Below, one piece after another: positions 25,761 through 38,514 of a stretch of 64,000 bases of DNA. The DNA comes from Myxococcales bacterium (GTDB lineage Bacteria > Myxococcota_A > Polyangia > Polyangiales > DASUME01). A program made the position numbers and the translations under genes. The first letter of the stretch is position 1. Each line of letters begins with the position of its first letter. The stretch is taken from contig JASGJH010000001.1 of assembly GCA_047601445.1 (NCBI GenBank), positions 1,344,001 through 1,408,000 of the forward strand, written 5' to 3'. Below the pieces are notes generated by a model, which saw nothing but the letters and a program-made list of their open reading frames with translations, was not told where the DNA came from and searched no databases.

Positions 25761-27326
25761 TCAAGGCTCCCTGCCGCGCTTGAGCCGATCTCGCAGGGTA
25801 GACCTCGGGATGGATAGCGCCCGCGATACCGCGGACAGGTTGCCCTTGTAGTGCTGGACGGCGTGCTCGATGGCCTCGGCGTCGAGCTCGAGCGTGGCAG
25901 CCAGGTTGCCGCTGATGCGCTCGATGGCGCGCTCGATGTCCTGGGCACCCAGCTCAGGCGCCGCGCTCAAGGCCGCCGCCCCGCACACCACGTTGCGAAG
26001 CTCGCGGGCATTCCCCGGCCAGCTGTACGCCAAGAGACGCGCCTTGGCCTCCGCGCCTAGACGCCGCACCCCCAGCTCGCCCTCGGTGCCATGCAGGAAA
26101 TGTTCGGCCAGCGGCACGATGTCCTGCTGACGCTCGCGCAGGGGCGAGAGCCGCAACACCAGGCGCGCCAGGCGGTAGTAGAGGTCCTGGCGGAAGGTCC
26201 CGGCCTGTACCATCTCGGCCAGGTTGCGATGGGTGGCGCAGACCAAGCGAACCCTGACCTCGATTCCCTGCTCGGAGCCGACCCGGCGGATTTGCCAGGT
26301 CTCCAGCACCCGCAGGAGCCGAGCTTGGAGATCGAGGGGCAGCTCCCCGATCTCATCGAGCAACAGCGTCCCGCCGTCCGCCTGCTCGAAGACCCCGCGC
26401 CGCATCCCCACTGCGCCCGTGAAGGCCCCCCGCTCGTGACCGAACAGTTCGCTCTCGATGAGCTCGCGCGGCAGGCCCCCGGCGTTGAGTGCCACGAAGG
26501 GCCCGACCCGTCCGCTCTGCCGGTGCACCAGGGAGGCCAGCTCCTCCTTGCCCGCACCGCTCGGTCCCAACACCAGCACCGGCCAGGGCAGCTTCGCGAA
26601 GTGCTCGGCCTCGGCGAGCGCCTCTTGCATGACCGGCGAAACCGCGATGGGCCTGGGCAACCCCTGGCGCGGTTGGTCCTCGGTGGCTCCTACGACGCGC
26701 AGATCCGTGCGCCCCACGCGCAGCTGGCTGCCCGCCCCCACGTGGGCGCGCGTCACCCGCACCCCCTGCACGAAGGTGCCGTTCGTACTCGCCAGGTCGC
26801 GCAGGACCAGTCCGCGCCCGTCGGGCTCGAGCCGGCAGTGGTGGGCACTCACGGTGGGATCCACCAACACCAGGTCGTTGCTGCGCGCCGACCCGATGCG
26901 GAGCGGACGCTCGGAGACCACCACACGCCGCGCGTCGGCCCCGCGCCCGACCAGCACCGTGAAGCGGCAGCCGCCCTCTTCCTGTCCGATCGACAGCGTG
27001 GCTCGCTCGCCCGGATCCGCGCGGCAGGTCGTTGCGCCAACCTGTGCCCCTGCCAGCACACGCACCAGGGTGTGGCGTGCGCCGAGCGGCAAGGGTGTGT
27101 CGTAAGCGAACACGCGCGGCTCGAGCTTGGCGCGCTCCAAATCGAACACCCAGACGGTGCCGCCCCGGGCATGCACCAGCAGCGCCCGTGGGGGAACTCG
27201 GGGGTCATCGACCACCAGGTCGCAGTTGAGAGCACTGCCGACTTCGACCGCCTCCGCCCGCAGGGGCAGCTCACGGATCAGCACATCATCCCGAAATAGA
27301 AGGAGCTTGTTTGTGTCCACGGCCAC
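25761..27326 (-). CDS. FHA-domain sigma54-dependent transcriptional activator
   Basis: IGS...VSAHH...STNGTFV (FHA); GPSGAGKE, ELFGHERGAFTGA, LDEIGE, WPGNARELRN; C-terminal Fis-like HTH. Confidence 0.92.
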   Translation of the reverse strand: MAVDTNKLLLFRDDVLIRELPLRAEAVEVGSALNCDLVVDDPRVPPRALLVHARGGTVWVFDLERAKLEPRVFAYDTPLPLGARHTLVRVLAGAQVGATTCRADPGERATLSIGQEEGGCRFTVLVGRGADARRVVVSERPLRIGSARSNDLVLVDPTVSAHHCRLEPDGRGLVLRDLASTNGTFVQGVRVTRAHVGAGSQLRVGRTDLRVVGATEDQPRQGLPRPIAVSPVMQEALAEAEHFAKLPWPVLVLGPSGAGKEELASLVHRQSGRVGPFVALNAGGLPRELIESELFGHERGAFTGAVGMRRGVFEQADGGTLLLDEIGELPLDLQARLLRVLETWQIRRVGSEQGIEVRVRLVCATHRNLAEMVQAGTFRQDLYYRLARLVLRLSPLRERQQDIVPLAEHFLHGTEGELGVRRLGAEAKARLLAYSWPGNARELRNVVCGAAALSAAPELGAQDIERAIERISGNLAATLELDAEAIEHAVQHYKGNLSAVSRALSIPRSTLRDRLKRGREP

Positions 27327-27417
27327 CTGTATCGGCCGCGGACTCCTCGGGTTGCCTGGAAAGGTGACTCAAATCGCGCCTCGATCGCCTGGGAGCCCGG
27401 GGGCTCGGCGAGAGGCC

Positions 27418-27657
27418 TCAGCTCATGGTGACGGAGCAGGTGCCCGCCGCCGTAACCGTCACGGTCTCCGCCGGCAGCTGCTTCGGTGCCACCCAGGTGA
27501 CGGTGCTCTTACGAGCGACCTGGTTTTGCTGGCGCTGACGGGCAGCCTTGTAGGCGACCCAAAGGGCCAACATGGGGAGCCCGCCTGGCAGGATCATCGC
27601 GAGCACCCACAGAGTCGTGGTCAGGATGCGCTTCAGGGTTTCTTCTCTGGCAGTCAC
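27418..27657 (-). CDS. Small membrane protein
   Basis: 79 aa with hydrophobic hairpin around LPGG and a basic tail. Confidence 0.5.
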   Translation of the reverse strand: MTAREETLKRILTTTLWVLAMILPGGLPMLALWVAYKAARQRQQNQVARKSTVTWVAPKQLPAETVTVTAAGTCSVTMS

Positions 27658-27893
27658 GGCTTATTTCCAAAAGCAAGTTTTGAACCAACACCGTTCTGTC
27701 GGCCGACCCGTGTGCTGCGCTACGAGGGGCCGCGCGAATTGCCGTAGAACGCGTCGCAGATCGCCGAAACCCACGACCTTGCAGCGAGAGTGCGTCCGAA
27801 TAGGCATGACATCCGTGTCCTTTCGCCCACGGTCGCTGTGACAGCAAGCAACACAGCTTGAAAGCGTGAATACGCCCCACTAAGTTCCGCCGC

Positions 27894-29003
27894 GTGAATG
27901 CACCGCTCAAGCGCACGCCCCTCTTCGAAGCCCATCGCGCCCTAGGTGGGCGTATCGTTCCCTTCGCAGGTTGGGAGCTGCCCGTTCAATACGCGGGCGT
28001 CGTCGAAGAACACCGCGCCGTCCGCGAGCGAGCAGGGTTGTTCGACGTTTCCCACATGGGAGAGCTCTTCCTGCGTGGCAGCGGCGCCCAGGGCCTTGTC
28101 GATAGTCTCGTCACTAACGACGTTGGCAAGCTGCCGGTGGGCAAGGCCGTCTACACCTGCGGTTGCAACGAGCAGGGCACCATCCTGGATGACCTGATCG
28201 TCTATCGCGTCGCCAGCGAGGAAATCCTGGTGGTGTGCAACGCGGGCAATCTCGAGAAGATGTCGGCTCACTTCGCCAAGCACGCCCAGGGCCGCTGTGA
28301 GTTCCGCGACGAAAGCGCCGACACGGTGCTGATCGCGCTGCAGGGCCCGCGTGCCCCCGAGGTCCTGGCCGAGGCGGGGGGCAGCCCCGAGCTGCTGGCG
28401 CTGCCTCGCTTTGGCGTAGCGCGCGGCAAAGTCGGCCCCCACGAGTTGCTGGTGGCCCGCACCGGCTACACCGGCGAAGACGGCTTCGAGCTGTTCGTGC
28501 CCAACGCCCAGGGCGTGGAGGTTTGGGAACGTCTGCTCGCCGCAGGCAAGAAGGTGGAAATCCACCCGGTCGGCCTCGGCGCCCGCGACACACTCCGCCT
28601 CGAGGCGGCCCTGCGGCTCTACGGCAACGACATGGACGAGACCACCGATCCCTGGGAGACCGGGCTCGGCTGGACCGTGAAACTAGAAGGCCGGGAGTTC
28701 CTGGGACGAAGCGCCCTGGTGGAGCGCAAGCAGCGCGGAACCGGCAAGAAGCTGGTCGGCATCGAGATGGTCGGTCGAGGCATCGCTCGCCACGGCTATC
28801 CGGTGGTCGATCCAACGGCCACTGGCAACGTCATCGGCCAGGTCACCAGTGGCTCACCCGGCCCCTCTCTCGGCCGCAACGTCGGGCTCGCCTTCGTGCC
28901 TACCGAGCGCTCCGCCGTGGGCAGCACGGTGGCCATCGACATCCGCGGCAAGGCCATCGAAGCCAAGGTGGTCCCGCTTCCTTTCTACAAGCGGCTTAGC
29001 TGA
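27894..29003 (+). CDS. gcvT: Glycine cleavage aminomethyltransferase T
   Basis: LKRTPL, FAGWELPVQY, GLFDVSHMG, RTGYTGEDGFE, GLGARDTLRLEA. Confidence 0.96.
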   Translation: MNAPLKRTPLFEAHRALGGRIVPFAGWELPVQYAGVVEEHRAVRERAGLFDVSHMGELFLRGSGAQGLVDSLVTNDVGKLPVGKAVYTCGCNEQGTILDDLIVYRVASEEILVVCNAGNLEKMSAHFAKHAQGRCEFRDESADTVLIALQGPRAPEVLAEAGGSPELLALPRFGVARGKVGPHELLVARTGYTGEDGFELFVPNAQGVEVWERLLAAGKKVEIHPVGLGARDTLRLEAALRLYGNDMDETTDPWETGLGWTVKLEGREFLGRSALVERKQRGTGKKLVGIEMVGRGIARHGYPVVDPTATGNVIGQVTSGSPGPSLGRNVGLAFVPTERSAVGSTVAIDIRGKAIEAKVVPLPFYKRLS

Positions 29004-29085
29004 AGAGTATTTTGCGCACGACCGTGCGCCTGATTTGTGTTCGCGTCCCAACGCTTCCCGTCCGCACGCCAGAAAGAGCATCCCC

Positions 29086-29478
29086 ATGAGCGAGATCCCG
29101 AAGAACCTCCGGTACACCAAAGACCACGAGTGGGCGCGCCTGACCGGCGACATCGTCGAGGTCGGCATCACCGGCTACGCGGTGGAGCAGCTGGGTGACG
29201 TCACCCTGGTGGACCTGCCGGAGCCCGGGACCAAGCTGGTGGCGCACAAGCGCTTCGGCGACATCGAGTCCGTGAAGACGGTGAGCGAGCTGTTCGCCCC
29301 CATCGCCGGCGAGGTGGTCGAGGTGAACGAAGCCCTCAAGGACCAGCCCGAGCTCGTCAACGACAGCGCCTACGAAAAGGGCTGGATGGTGCGCCTCAAG
29401 GTAGCAAACTCGAGCGAGCTGGACGCCCTGATGGACGCCGACGCTTACACCGCCTATCTCGGCACCCTCGATCACTGA
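29086..29478 (+). CDS. gcvH: Glycine cleavage H protein
   Basis: YTKDHEW, VGIT, ESVKTVSEL (lipoyl Lys), GWM. Confidence 0.96.
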   Translation: MSEIPKNLRYTKDHEWARLTGDIVEVGITGYAVEQLGDVTLVDLPEPGTKLVAHKRFGDIESVKTVSELFAPIAGEVVEVNEALKDQPELVNDSAYEKGWMVRLKVANSSELDALMDADAYTAYLGTLDH

Positions 29479-29492
29479 TCTTCAGGAACTCC

Positions 29493-30842
29493 ATGCGCTA
29501 CCTGCCGCACACCGAACAAGAGATCCGCGGGATGCTCGAACGCATCGGCATCCCCGACGTCGACGCCCTGTTCGCGCCCATCCCCGAGGCCTACCGCCTC
29601 AACCGCCCGCTGGCCCTGGAGCCCGCCCTCGACGAGGCGCAGCTCATGGGACACATGGAGGCCCTGGCCGGCAAGAACGACGCCGCCAGCAAGGTCTCCT
29701 TCCTGGGCGCCGGCATTTACGACCACCACATCCCGCCCGCGGTAGACCAGCTGCTCCTGCGCAGCGAGTTCTACACAGCCTACACGCCCTATCAGCCCGA
29801 GTACTCCCAGGGTACCCTGCAGGCCATCTTCGAGTTCCAGACCCTGGTCTGCCAGCTGTTCGGCCTCGAGGTCGCCAACGCGTCCATGTACGACGGCGCC
29901 AGCGCCGCGGCAGAGGCCGTGCTGATGGCGCGCCGCGGCTCACGCCGCACCAAGGTGCTGGTCTCCGAGGGACTCCACCCGGAGTACGCCGAGACCATCC
30001 ACACCTATCTCGCCGGCATGGGCGACGAGCAGGCCATCGTGCGCATCCCCGTGGGCAGCGATGGCCGCACCGATGTGGCCAGCCTGAGTGCGGCGCTCGG
30101 CGACGACACCGCCTGCCTCATCGTGGGTTACCCGAACTTCTTCGGCGTGGTGGAGGACCTCGGCAAGCTGCGCGAGCTCACCGCCGCGAAGGGTGTCCAG
30201 CTCGTCACCGCCACGGCCGAGGCCTACGCGCTCAGCGTGCTCAAGCCGCCGGGCGACTTTGGCGCGGACATCTCGGTGGGCGAAGGCCAGAGCCTCGCTG
30301 TGCCCCCGCAGCTCGGTGGTCCCGGCGTGGGCCTGTTCGCGTGTCGCTCCGCGGCAGTGAACAAGATGCCCGGGCGCCTGTGCGGCGAGACCGTGGATCA
30401 GAAGGGTCTGCGCGGCTTCGTGCTCACGCTGAGCACGCGCGAGCAGCACATCCGACGCGAGCGAGCCACCAGCAACATCTGCACGAACCACGGGCTCATC
30501 GCCCTCGCCTTCGCCATCCGCGTCAGCATGCTCGGGCGCAGCGGCTTCCGGGCGGCCGGCGAGCTGTGCCTGCGGCGCGCCGAGTACTTGAAGCAGCAAA
30601 TCCGCCAGATCCCGGGCTTCTCCATCCCCTACTCCGCCCCCACGTTCAACGAGTTCGTGGTCCAGCTGGAGCGCGGCTCGGCCGCCCCGCTGCTCAAGGA
30701 CCTCGAGGGACGCGGCATCCTCGGTGGCGTTTGGCTGGGGCGCTTCGACCGTGCTCGAGACAACCAGTTCCTGGTGGCCGTCACCGAGCGGCATACGCGC
30801 GACACGCTGGATCGCCTGGTCGCCGCGCTCCGCGAAGCTTGA
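29493..30842 (+). CDS. gcvPA: Glycine dehydrogenase subunit 1
   Basis: MRYLPHT, EFYTAYTPYQPE, NASMYDG, REQHIRRERATSNICTN; 449 aa. Confidence 0.95.
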   Translation: MRYLPHTEQEIRGMLERIGIPDVDALFAPIPEAYRLNRPLALEPALDEAQLMGHMEALAGKNDAASKVSFLGAGIYDHHIPPAVDQLLLRSEFYTAYTPYQPEYSQGTLQAIFEFQTLVCQLFGLEVANASMYDGASAAAEAVLMARRGSRRTKVLVSEGLHPEYAETIHTYLAGMGDEQAIVRIPVGSDGRTDVASLSAALGDDTACLIVGYPNFFGVVEDLGKLRELTAAKGVQLVTATAEAYALSVLKPPGDFGADISVGEGQSLAVPPQLGGPGVGLFACRSAAVNKMPGRLCGETVDQKGLRGFVLTLSTREQHIRRERATSNICTNHGLIALAFAIRVSMLGRSGFRAAGELCLRRAEYLKQQIRQIPGFSIPYSAPTFNEFVVQLERGSAAPLLKDLEGRGILGGVWLGRFDRARDNQFLVAVTERHTRDTLDRLVAALREA

Positions 30843-30978
30843 GCTCGGCACCCGCTTTGGGCCGTTCGCGCAAGCGCGACTGAACGGCCCGAGCGGGCCG
30901 GCACATGCAGGCTCATGTGGGCTAGAGTCCTACCCATCTTTGGCGAAAGAGGGGCCACGCTGCTAGTCTGGAGCCTGT

Positions 30979-33477
<2,499 letters not shown>

Positions 33478-33564
33478 TCAGCCGCAATCCAGGCACTTTC
33501 ACTTTCGGGACGCCTCCCCTTTGCGGTCGAGGCATTCCGGAGGTAAAGACGCCGAGCTTCACTG

Positions 33565-33639
33565 GGGCGGGTAGCTCAGTGGCAGAGCGCCGCCCTTACA
33601 AGGCGGACGTCGCAGGTTCAATCCCTGTCCCGCCCACCA
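33565..33639 (+). tRNA. tRNA-Val (anticodon TAC)
   Basis: Acceptor stem GGGCGGG/CCCGCCC plus A-CCA, D arm GCTC/GAGC, anticodon arm CCGCC-CTTACAA-GGCGG, T loop GGTTCAATCC. Confidence 0.97.
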
Positions 33640-33728
33640 AATAGATTCAGGCAGCTCCGAGCGCCGCGGCTCCCGCCCGCGGGAGGCCTGCTCTTGCATG
33701 ACCAACATCAGCGCGAGGTGGCTGGCCC

Positions 33729-33995
33729 TCACAGCCGCTCGCACGCGTAGGCCATCTGCGTGGCGCAATCGCGTTCCTGCCACTGACCGTTGGTGAGCAC
33801 AGTCGCTGTCGCAGCGTGAGGTTTGGCCGGTGCCAATCACAGACTTCACCGGGCTCGACCACGCCGTTGCCGCAGGTGGCGCGGGGTGCGCGTGCCCCCT
33901 TGCACACGCAGTCATTCCAGCCCTGCAGGCTCTGGACCTCGCTACAGTTTTCGGCGGCGGTGAATGCGTTGGGCTCGGAGACGTGCTGAGACGGA
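33729..33995 (-). pseudogene. Remnant of a C-type-lectin / myxobacterial Cys-repeat protein
   Basis: Fragments in different frames: SEPNAFTAAENC...GWNDCVC, CGNGVVEPGEVCD, TNGQWQERDCATQMAYACERL*. Confidence 0.55.
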
Positions 33996-34101
33996 CACCC
34001 CGGCCTATCCCACCAAAGTTTCAAACACCTGCGATTTTCTGAGCGCGGTCTGCGCGGAGTCGTGTTTGGCTTGCGTGCGACTTCACTACCCCAGGAGGCG
34101 C

Positions 34102-35735
34102 ATGCGCAACCGACTCGGACAGCTCGTGGCTTGGCAGCACGTCTTGGCGTCGTTGATCGGCGTGGGCTGTAGCGGCTCCAGCGGCGACATCACCCACCAA
34201 GGTGAGCTCGATGCCGGGTCCGACGCTCAGACTCAAGCAGACGGCGACGCTCAGGTCATGCAACCTCCCTTCGAGCGCCCCGAGTACGTCCCGCACATGG
34301 GCTCATGCGGCTTCGAGCAGCCCGCGTTTTGCGACACCTTCGAGACCATCGCTGGGAAGAGCGGTCGCACCGGTGAGCTCGACGCGGCGCACTGGAGTGC
34401 CACGCGAGGCAATCCGTCGGACCATCCCGATCTCGAACAGGCCTTCCGGGTGGGTCCCGCCCTCTTGCCCGCTTGCCGCCCGGATCTCCCTGCACGAGCC
34501 TTGCCCAATGACGACATCGTGATCTGCGACCCCATCTCGACCGTGCCCACGCGTCACCTGATGACGGCGACGGCCGCCCAAAACTACGGCCTCAACGGCT
34601 ATCGCATTCGCCAGCCCTTCGACTTTTCGGGACGCACGGGAACCATCAAATTCGACGCGGATCTTCGAACAACGGCCTGGGTGGTTGGCCCGCAGTCGTG
34701 ATCTCGCAGGATCCATCGCCCGCGCCGAGCTTCGACTGGGAAGAACGGGGATCGGGTCCGCGCAACGGTGCATCGATCGAGTTCTGGGGCGGTTGGTGCA
34801 ACACGCCGCATACGCTCGAGGTCGGCCTGTTCACCTTCCGCGACTACGTGCAGACGGCCCAGCGTCCTTCGTTCGACTGCGCGACTCCACATGTGAACAC
34901 CCAGCGCGATGCCCTCAACCACGTGGAGATCTACCTCAGTCAAGAACACCTCGAGGTATGGGCTTCCGATCCCTCGCCCGATGGAGTGAACTTCCCGAAC
35001 TTCACCCTGCTCTATGCGAGCGACGTCGATCTTGAGTTCGGGCGTGGCTACGTGCAGCTCATGGTCCGCAATCACGCGACGCTCAAGTATTGGGTCGGTG
35101 CGGCGTGGGCTGTGCGCTGGGACAACGTGGGCTTCGATGGCCCCGTCGTGGGCGGGTGGCGCGAGTTCAGTGCGCTCGACTCGAACGTGCCCCTCAAGGG
35201 ACTCGAAGGCTGCATGGTGGACGGCACGTGCCGCTATCGCGGAGACGTGATCGCCGCGCATCCGATGTCCACGGACAACTCGTTCTGCCCTGCTGACTGC
35301 AAGTTCGACGGTGAGGCGCGCTACGTCGGCTATGTGGTCCCGCGCGACGACGAGCCACCCGTAAGCATCACGATCCCGGGTGTAGTCAAAGGGGGTGCGA
35401 CCGGCGCCCGGCTGGCACTGGCGGCCACCTATCCATGGTTCGAATGGAGCGGCGTCGACAAGCCCCCTACGGCCATCACCTTGCGCTACCGCCTGAACGG
35501 GGGCACCTGGCACGACCGTCCGATCAACAGCGCGGAAGCCAACGCTTTCACGGACTTCAGCCCAGACCTGGGCGGCGCCGGACACGGGGCGGGATTGCTC
35601 AATCAAATCATCGAGCTCGACCCCAACGAGCTGAAGGACGGGGACAACCGGATCGAGTTCGTGACCGCCGGTACCTGGACCGGCAGTTACCGCGCTGGAA
35701 TTGCCGCCTTGGACCTAATTCTCAGCACTCCCTAG
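34102..35735 (+). CDS. Secreted lipoprotein with ConA/jelly-roll-like domain, one base missing near 34665
   Basis: RBS AGGAGG, lipobox GVGC; ORFs 33964..34701 and 34698..35735 join as KFDADL-(S)NNGLGGWPAVVISQD. Confidence 0.72.
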
Positions 35736-35741
35736 GAAACT

Positions 35742-35769
35742 TGGTCCGTTTTCGGAGCCGAAGGTACTG
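35742..35769 (+). promoter_or_regulatory. Putative ECF promoter upstream of the sigma gene
   Basis: TGGTC-N19-ACTG, 20/28 identical to 38479-38506. Confidence 0.6.
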
Positions 35770-35778
35770 GTGAGGGGA

Positions 35779-36435
35779 ATGCTGCGACTGATCCGGTCCC
35801 CCCAGGAGGGCGAAAAGCCCGAGCGTGCGAGAGCACGAGCGGAGGACCCGCTGCGCCAGGTGGCACTCGCGGCGGCCCAAGGGCAGCGGGATGCCCAGCG
35901 CACGCTGCTGGTGGCCGTGGGCCCTGCTCTCCTGCGGGCCATTCGCGGCGTGCTCGGCAGCGCCCCGCACGACGTCGAAGACACGCTTCAGGAAGCCATG
36001 GTCGCACTGCACCTCGCCATCGGAGACTTCCGCGGCGACTGCAGCACACAACACTTCGCTTGTCGCATCGCCGTGCAAACCGCGATGAACGCTCGTCGCC
36101 GCGCTGGCTATCGACGACGCCACACGCCGAGCGTCCCACCCGAAGCACTCCACGCCTTCGCAGGTGATGAGGTCTCTCCGCCCGAGCGAGTCGCCGCCCA
36201 GCGTCGGCGCGAAGTGTTGCGTCAGCTGTTGTGTGAGCTCCCGGAAGCGCAGGCCGAGGTGCTCGCATTCCATTCCGTGCTTGGCTACACGGTCGAAGAA
36301 ACCGCCAGCGCACTCGGCGTGCCCATCGACACGGTGCGCAGTCGACTCCGCAACGGACTCAGCAAGCTGCGCTCCCGCGTGGCACGCGACGCCAATCTGC
36401 TAGCGGCCCTGCAGCACATCGAGGATGAAACATGA
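35779..36435 (+). CDS. ECF RNA polymerase sigma factor
   Basis: Region 2 DVEDTLQEAM...FACRIA; region 4 LPEAQAEVL...GYTVEETASALGVPIDTVRSRL. Confidence 0.92.
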   Translation: MLRLIRSPQEGEKPERARARAEDPLRQVALAAAQGQRDAQRTLLVAVGPALLRAIRGVLGSAPHDVEDTLQEAMVALHLAIGDFRGDCSTQHFACRIAVQTAMNARRRAGYRRRHTPSVPPEALHAFAGDEVSPPERVAAQRRREVLRQLLCELPEAQAEVLAFHSVLGYTVEETASALGVPIDTVRSRLRNGLSKLRSRVARDANLLAALQHIEDET

Positions 36436-37364
36436 GTAACCCGGTTTCACCTCGTCCCGAGCTCGAGGACCTGAGTGTTCTCGTGCGTCGCGGACACGCT
36501 TCGCATTGCGATGAAGACGCCCTACAGGAAGGGCTCGCACGCGACGCCACCTTGCGGATCGCGCACCAGGTCGGGCTCGATCTCGATCACGAAACCTCCG
36601 TGCACTCGGGTGATGAAGAGCTGATCCTGCGCGCTGCTGATGCGGCCCTTGGTAGCTCACGGGCGGGCTCGAAGCGTGGACGCCGCATCTGGCATGTTGC
36701 AGCCGCTGCCTTCCTGGTGGTGATCCTCTCGGGCAGTGGTATCGGCGCCGCCCTGTGGGTAGCTGGCATGACCCCGTGGCAAATGCCCGGGCGCACGATC
36801 GTGGCAGGCAGCGGGCCTGCCAAGCCTCAAGCTCACAAGCCTGCACAGAGGCCGCGGGTGCAGGCTGAGGCTCTGGCACCCGCAGAGTCACCCGTGGCAG
36901 TCATCCCGGCTCCCGTCGTTCTGGAAGAGCCGGAGTCTCACCCCAGGCCCCACGCCGCCCGCACAGTGGATGCTGCCGAGCTGTTCCGTGCAGCCAACGC
37001 CGCGCGTCGAGCAGGTGCGTTTGGGCGAGCCAAGCACCTGTACAGCGAACTGCTCAGGAAGGCGCCTTGGGCTGACGAAGCTCAACTCGCCCATGTGTCG
37101 CTCGGTAAGCTGCTCCTGAGTCAGGGCCAGGTCGGCCGCGCCGAACGTGAGTTCCGACGCTATCTGGAAGCGGGCGGTGGCCCCCTGAGCGAGGAAGCGC
37201 TGTTCAATCGGGCTGAGTGTCTACAACGTCTGGGACGCGATGCCGAAGAAAAGCTGGCGTGGCGAGCACTTCTCGGTGCATATCCCGAGAGCCTCTACGC
37301 AGCACGGGCCAAACAACGCCTGGCATCCGATCCCGCTGCGAGCTCCGATCTTCCCCAGCCCTGA
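36432..37364 (+). CDS. Putative anti-sigma factor: TM helix, Pro-rich linker, C-terminal TPR
   Basis: ATGA overlap with the sigma gene; TM AAAAFLVVIL; AAELFRAANAARRAG...EEALFNRAECL...YPESLYA. Confidence 0.78.
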   Translation: MSNPVSPRPELEDLSVLVRRGHASHCDEDALQEGLARDATLRIAHQVGLDLDHETSVHSGDEELILRAADAALGSSRAGSKRGRRIWHVAAAAFLVVILSGSGIGAALWVAGMTPWQMPGRTIVAGSGPAKPQAHKPAQRPRVQAEALAPAESPVAVIPAPVVLEEPESHPRPHAARTVDAAELFRAANAARRAGAFGRAKHLYSELLRKAPWADEAQLAHVSLGKLLLSQGQVGRAEREFRRYLEAGGGPLSEEALFNRAECLQRLGRDAEEKLAWRALLGAYPESLYAARAKQRLASDPAASSDLPQP

Positions 37365-37378
37365 ACCGCTCATTCTGC

Positions 37379-38461
37379 GTGCAGAATCACGTCCTCATTC
37401 TGGCCTTGCTCACGTGGCTCGCGTGCTTGCCCAGTCACGCCCACGCACAGGCGGACGCTGCCGCAGTGGTCCTGGTGGGCGACACGCAGAACTCCGTGGC
37501 ACTCGAGCAGGCTATTGCGGAGCTCCTACAGCGTGAGGGTGTCACCCCGGCCTTCACATCGGCCGACCGATTCGCACCGGAAGCTCTGCTCGCCGAGCCC
37601 GACGGCGATGGGCGCGTACACGTGTTCATCACCTTGCCCACGCCGCTCCTGGCCAAGCTCTATCTGCGTGGCCCCCACGGGAAGCGCTTCATCCTGCGTG
37701 AGCTCGCGCTGCGTAGCGGCACGGATGAGCTCGGTTGTGAATCCATTGCCCAGGTGGTGGCCACCTCCTCGCGCGCCCTCCTGCACTCGACTGAAGGCGT
37801 GGACCGCGAGACCGCCCGGGCGAATCTCGCGCGCGATCCCCAGACGGGGCCCAGCAAGGTCGAACCCGAGCTGACTGCAGTTCCAACTCCGACCCACGCG
37901 CCTGCCCACAAGCCGACGCTTCTGGGCGTCGAGTTCGGCTTGCGCGCCAACGCAGGCTTCAGCGGCGACGACCTCGGACCACGCCTTGGCCTCGGGATCG
38001 AGTTCGGGCTGAGCGAGCTTGTAAGCGCGCGTTTCCTCTTGCGTGAGCGCGTCGTATTCGAGCAGTTCTTGCGCCAGAACTTGCACACTTCGGAACTGAC
38101 GGCCCAGGTGCGCACCAGCTCGATTCTGCTGGGTGTGGACCTGGGCATCGTGGCGGGCCAGCGCGCGTTCTTGCTCGGTCTCTCGACTGGCGCGGACCTG
38201 ATGCACATCGCGCCAGACCACGCGCGCGATGGGGGCTGGTCGCTCGCCAAGGCCGGGCTCGACAGCGTGCCCATCCTGCGCTGCGAGCTGCGCTTCGAAC
38301 GAACTGCCGCGCGCTTCTTGCTCGCTTTCTCGGCGTACGGCGACACCTCCTTGATCGCCAACTCCTACCAGGTCCGGGATGGAGGCAAGGTGCGACAAGT
38401 GGCCTCACCCTGGCGTGTCACGCCCGGTCTGGCTTTCACGCTCGGCTGGCACTCACGATAG
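37379..38461 (+). CDS. Exported protein with C-terminal beta-barrel-like domain
   Basis: Signal peptide ending AHA-Q; alternating amphipathic strands ending PGLAFTLGW. Confidence 0.65.
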   Translation: MQNHVLILALLTWLACLPSHAHAQADAAAVVLVGDTQNSVALEQAIAELLQREGVTPAFTSADRFAPEALLAEPDGDGRVHVFITLPTPLLAKLYLRGPHGKRFILRELALRSGTDELGCESIAQVVATSSRALLHSTEGVDRETARANLARDPQTGPSKVEPELTAVPTPTHAPAHKPTLLGVEFGLRANAGFSGDDLGPRLGLGIEFGLSELVSARFLLRERVVFEQFLRQNLHTSELTAQVRTSSILLGVDLGIVAGQRAFLLGLSTGADLMHIAPDHARDGGWSLAKAGLDSVPILRCELRFERTAARFLLAFSAYGDTSLIANSYQVRDGGKVRQVASPWRVTPGLAFTLGWHSR

Positions 38462-38478
38462 AAAATCACGCGCACGAC

Positions 38479-38506
38479 TGGTCTGCTTTCCGAGCACAGG
38501 ACACTG
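38479..38506 (+). promoter_or_regulatory. Putative ECF promoter upstream of the 764-aa lipoprotein
   Basis: TGGTC-N19-ACTG immediately before RBS AAGGAG. Confidence 0.6.
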
Positions 38507-38514
38507 AAGGAGCT

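Noticed and set aside
27660..27893. Glycine riboswitch upstream of gcvT
   Set aside because: Only CGCCGAA is present; the GGAGA...CCGAAG and CTCTCAGG core motifs are missing
34009..34017. CCCACCAAA matching the tRNA-Val 3' end as an att site
   Set aside because: Only 9 bp, flanks diverge and no integrase is present; cannot be told from chance
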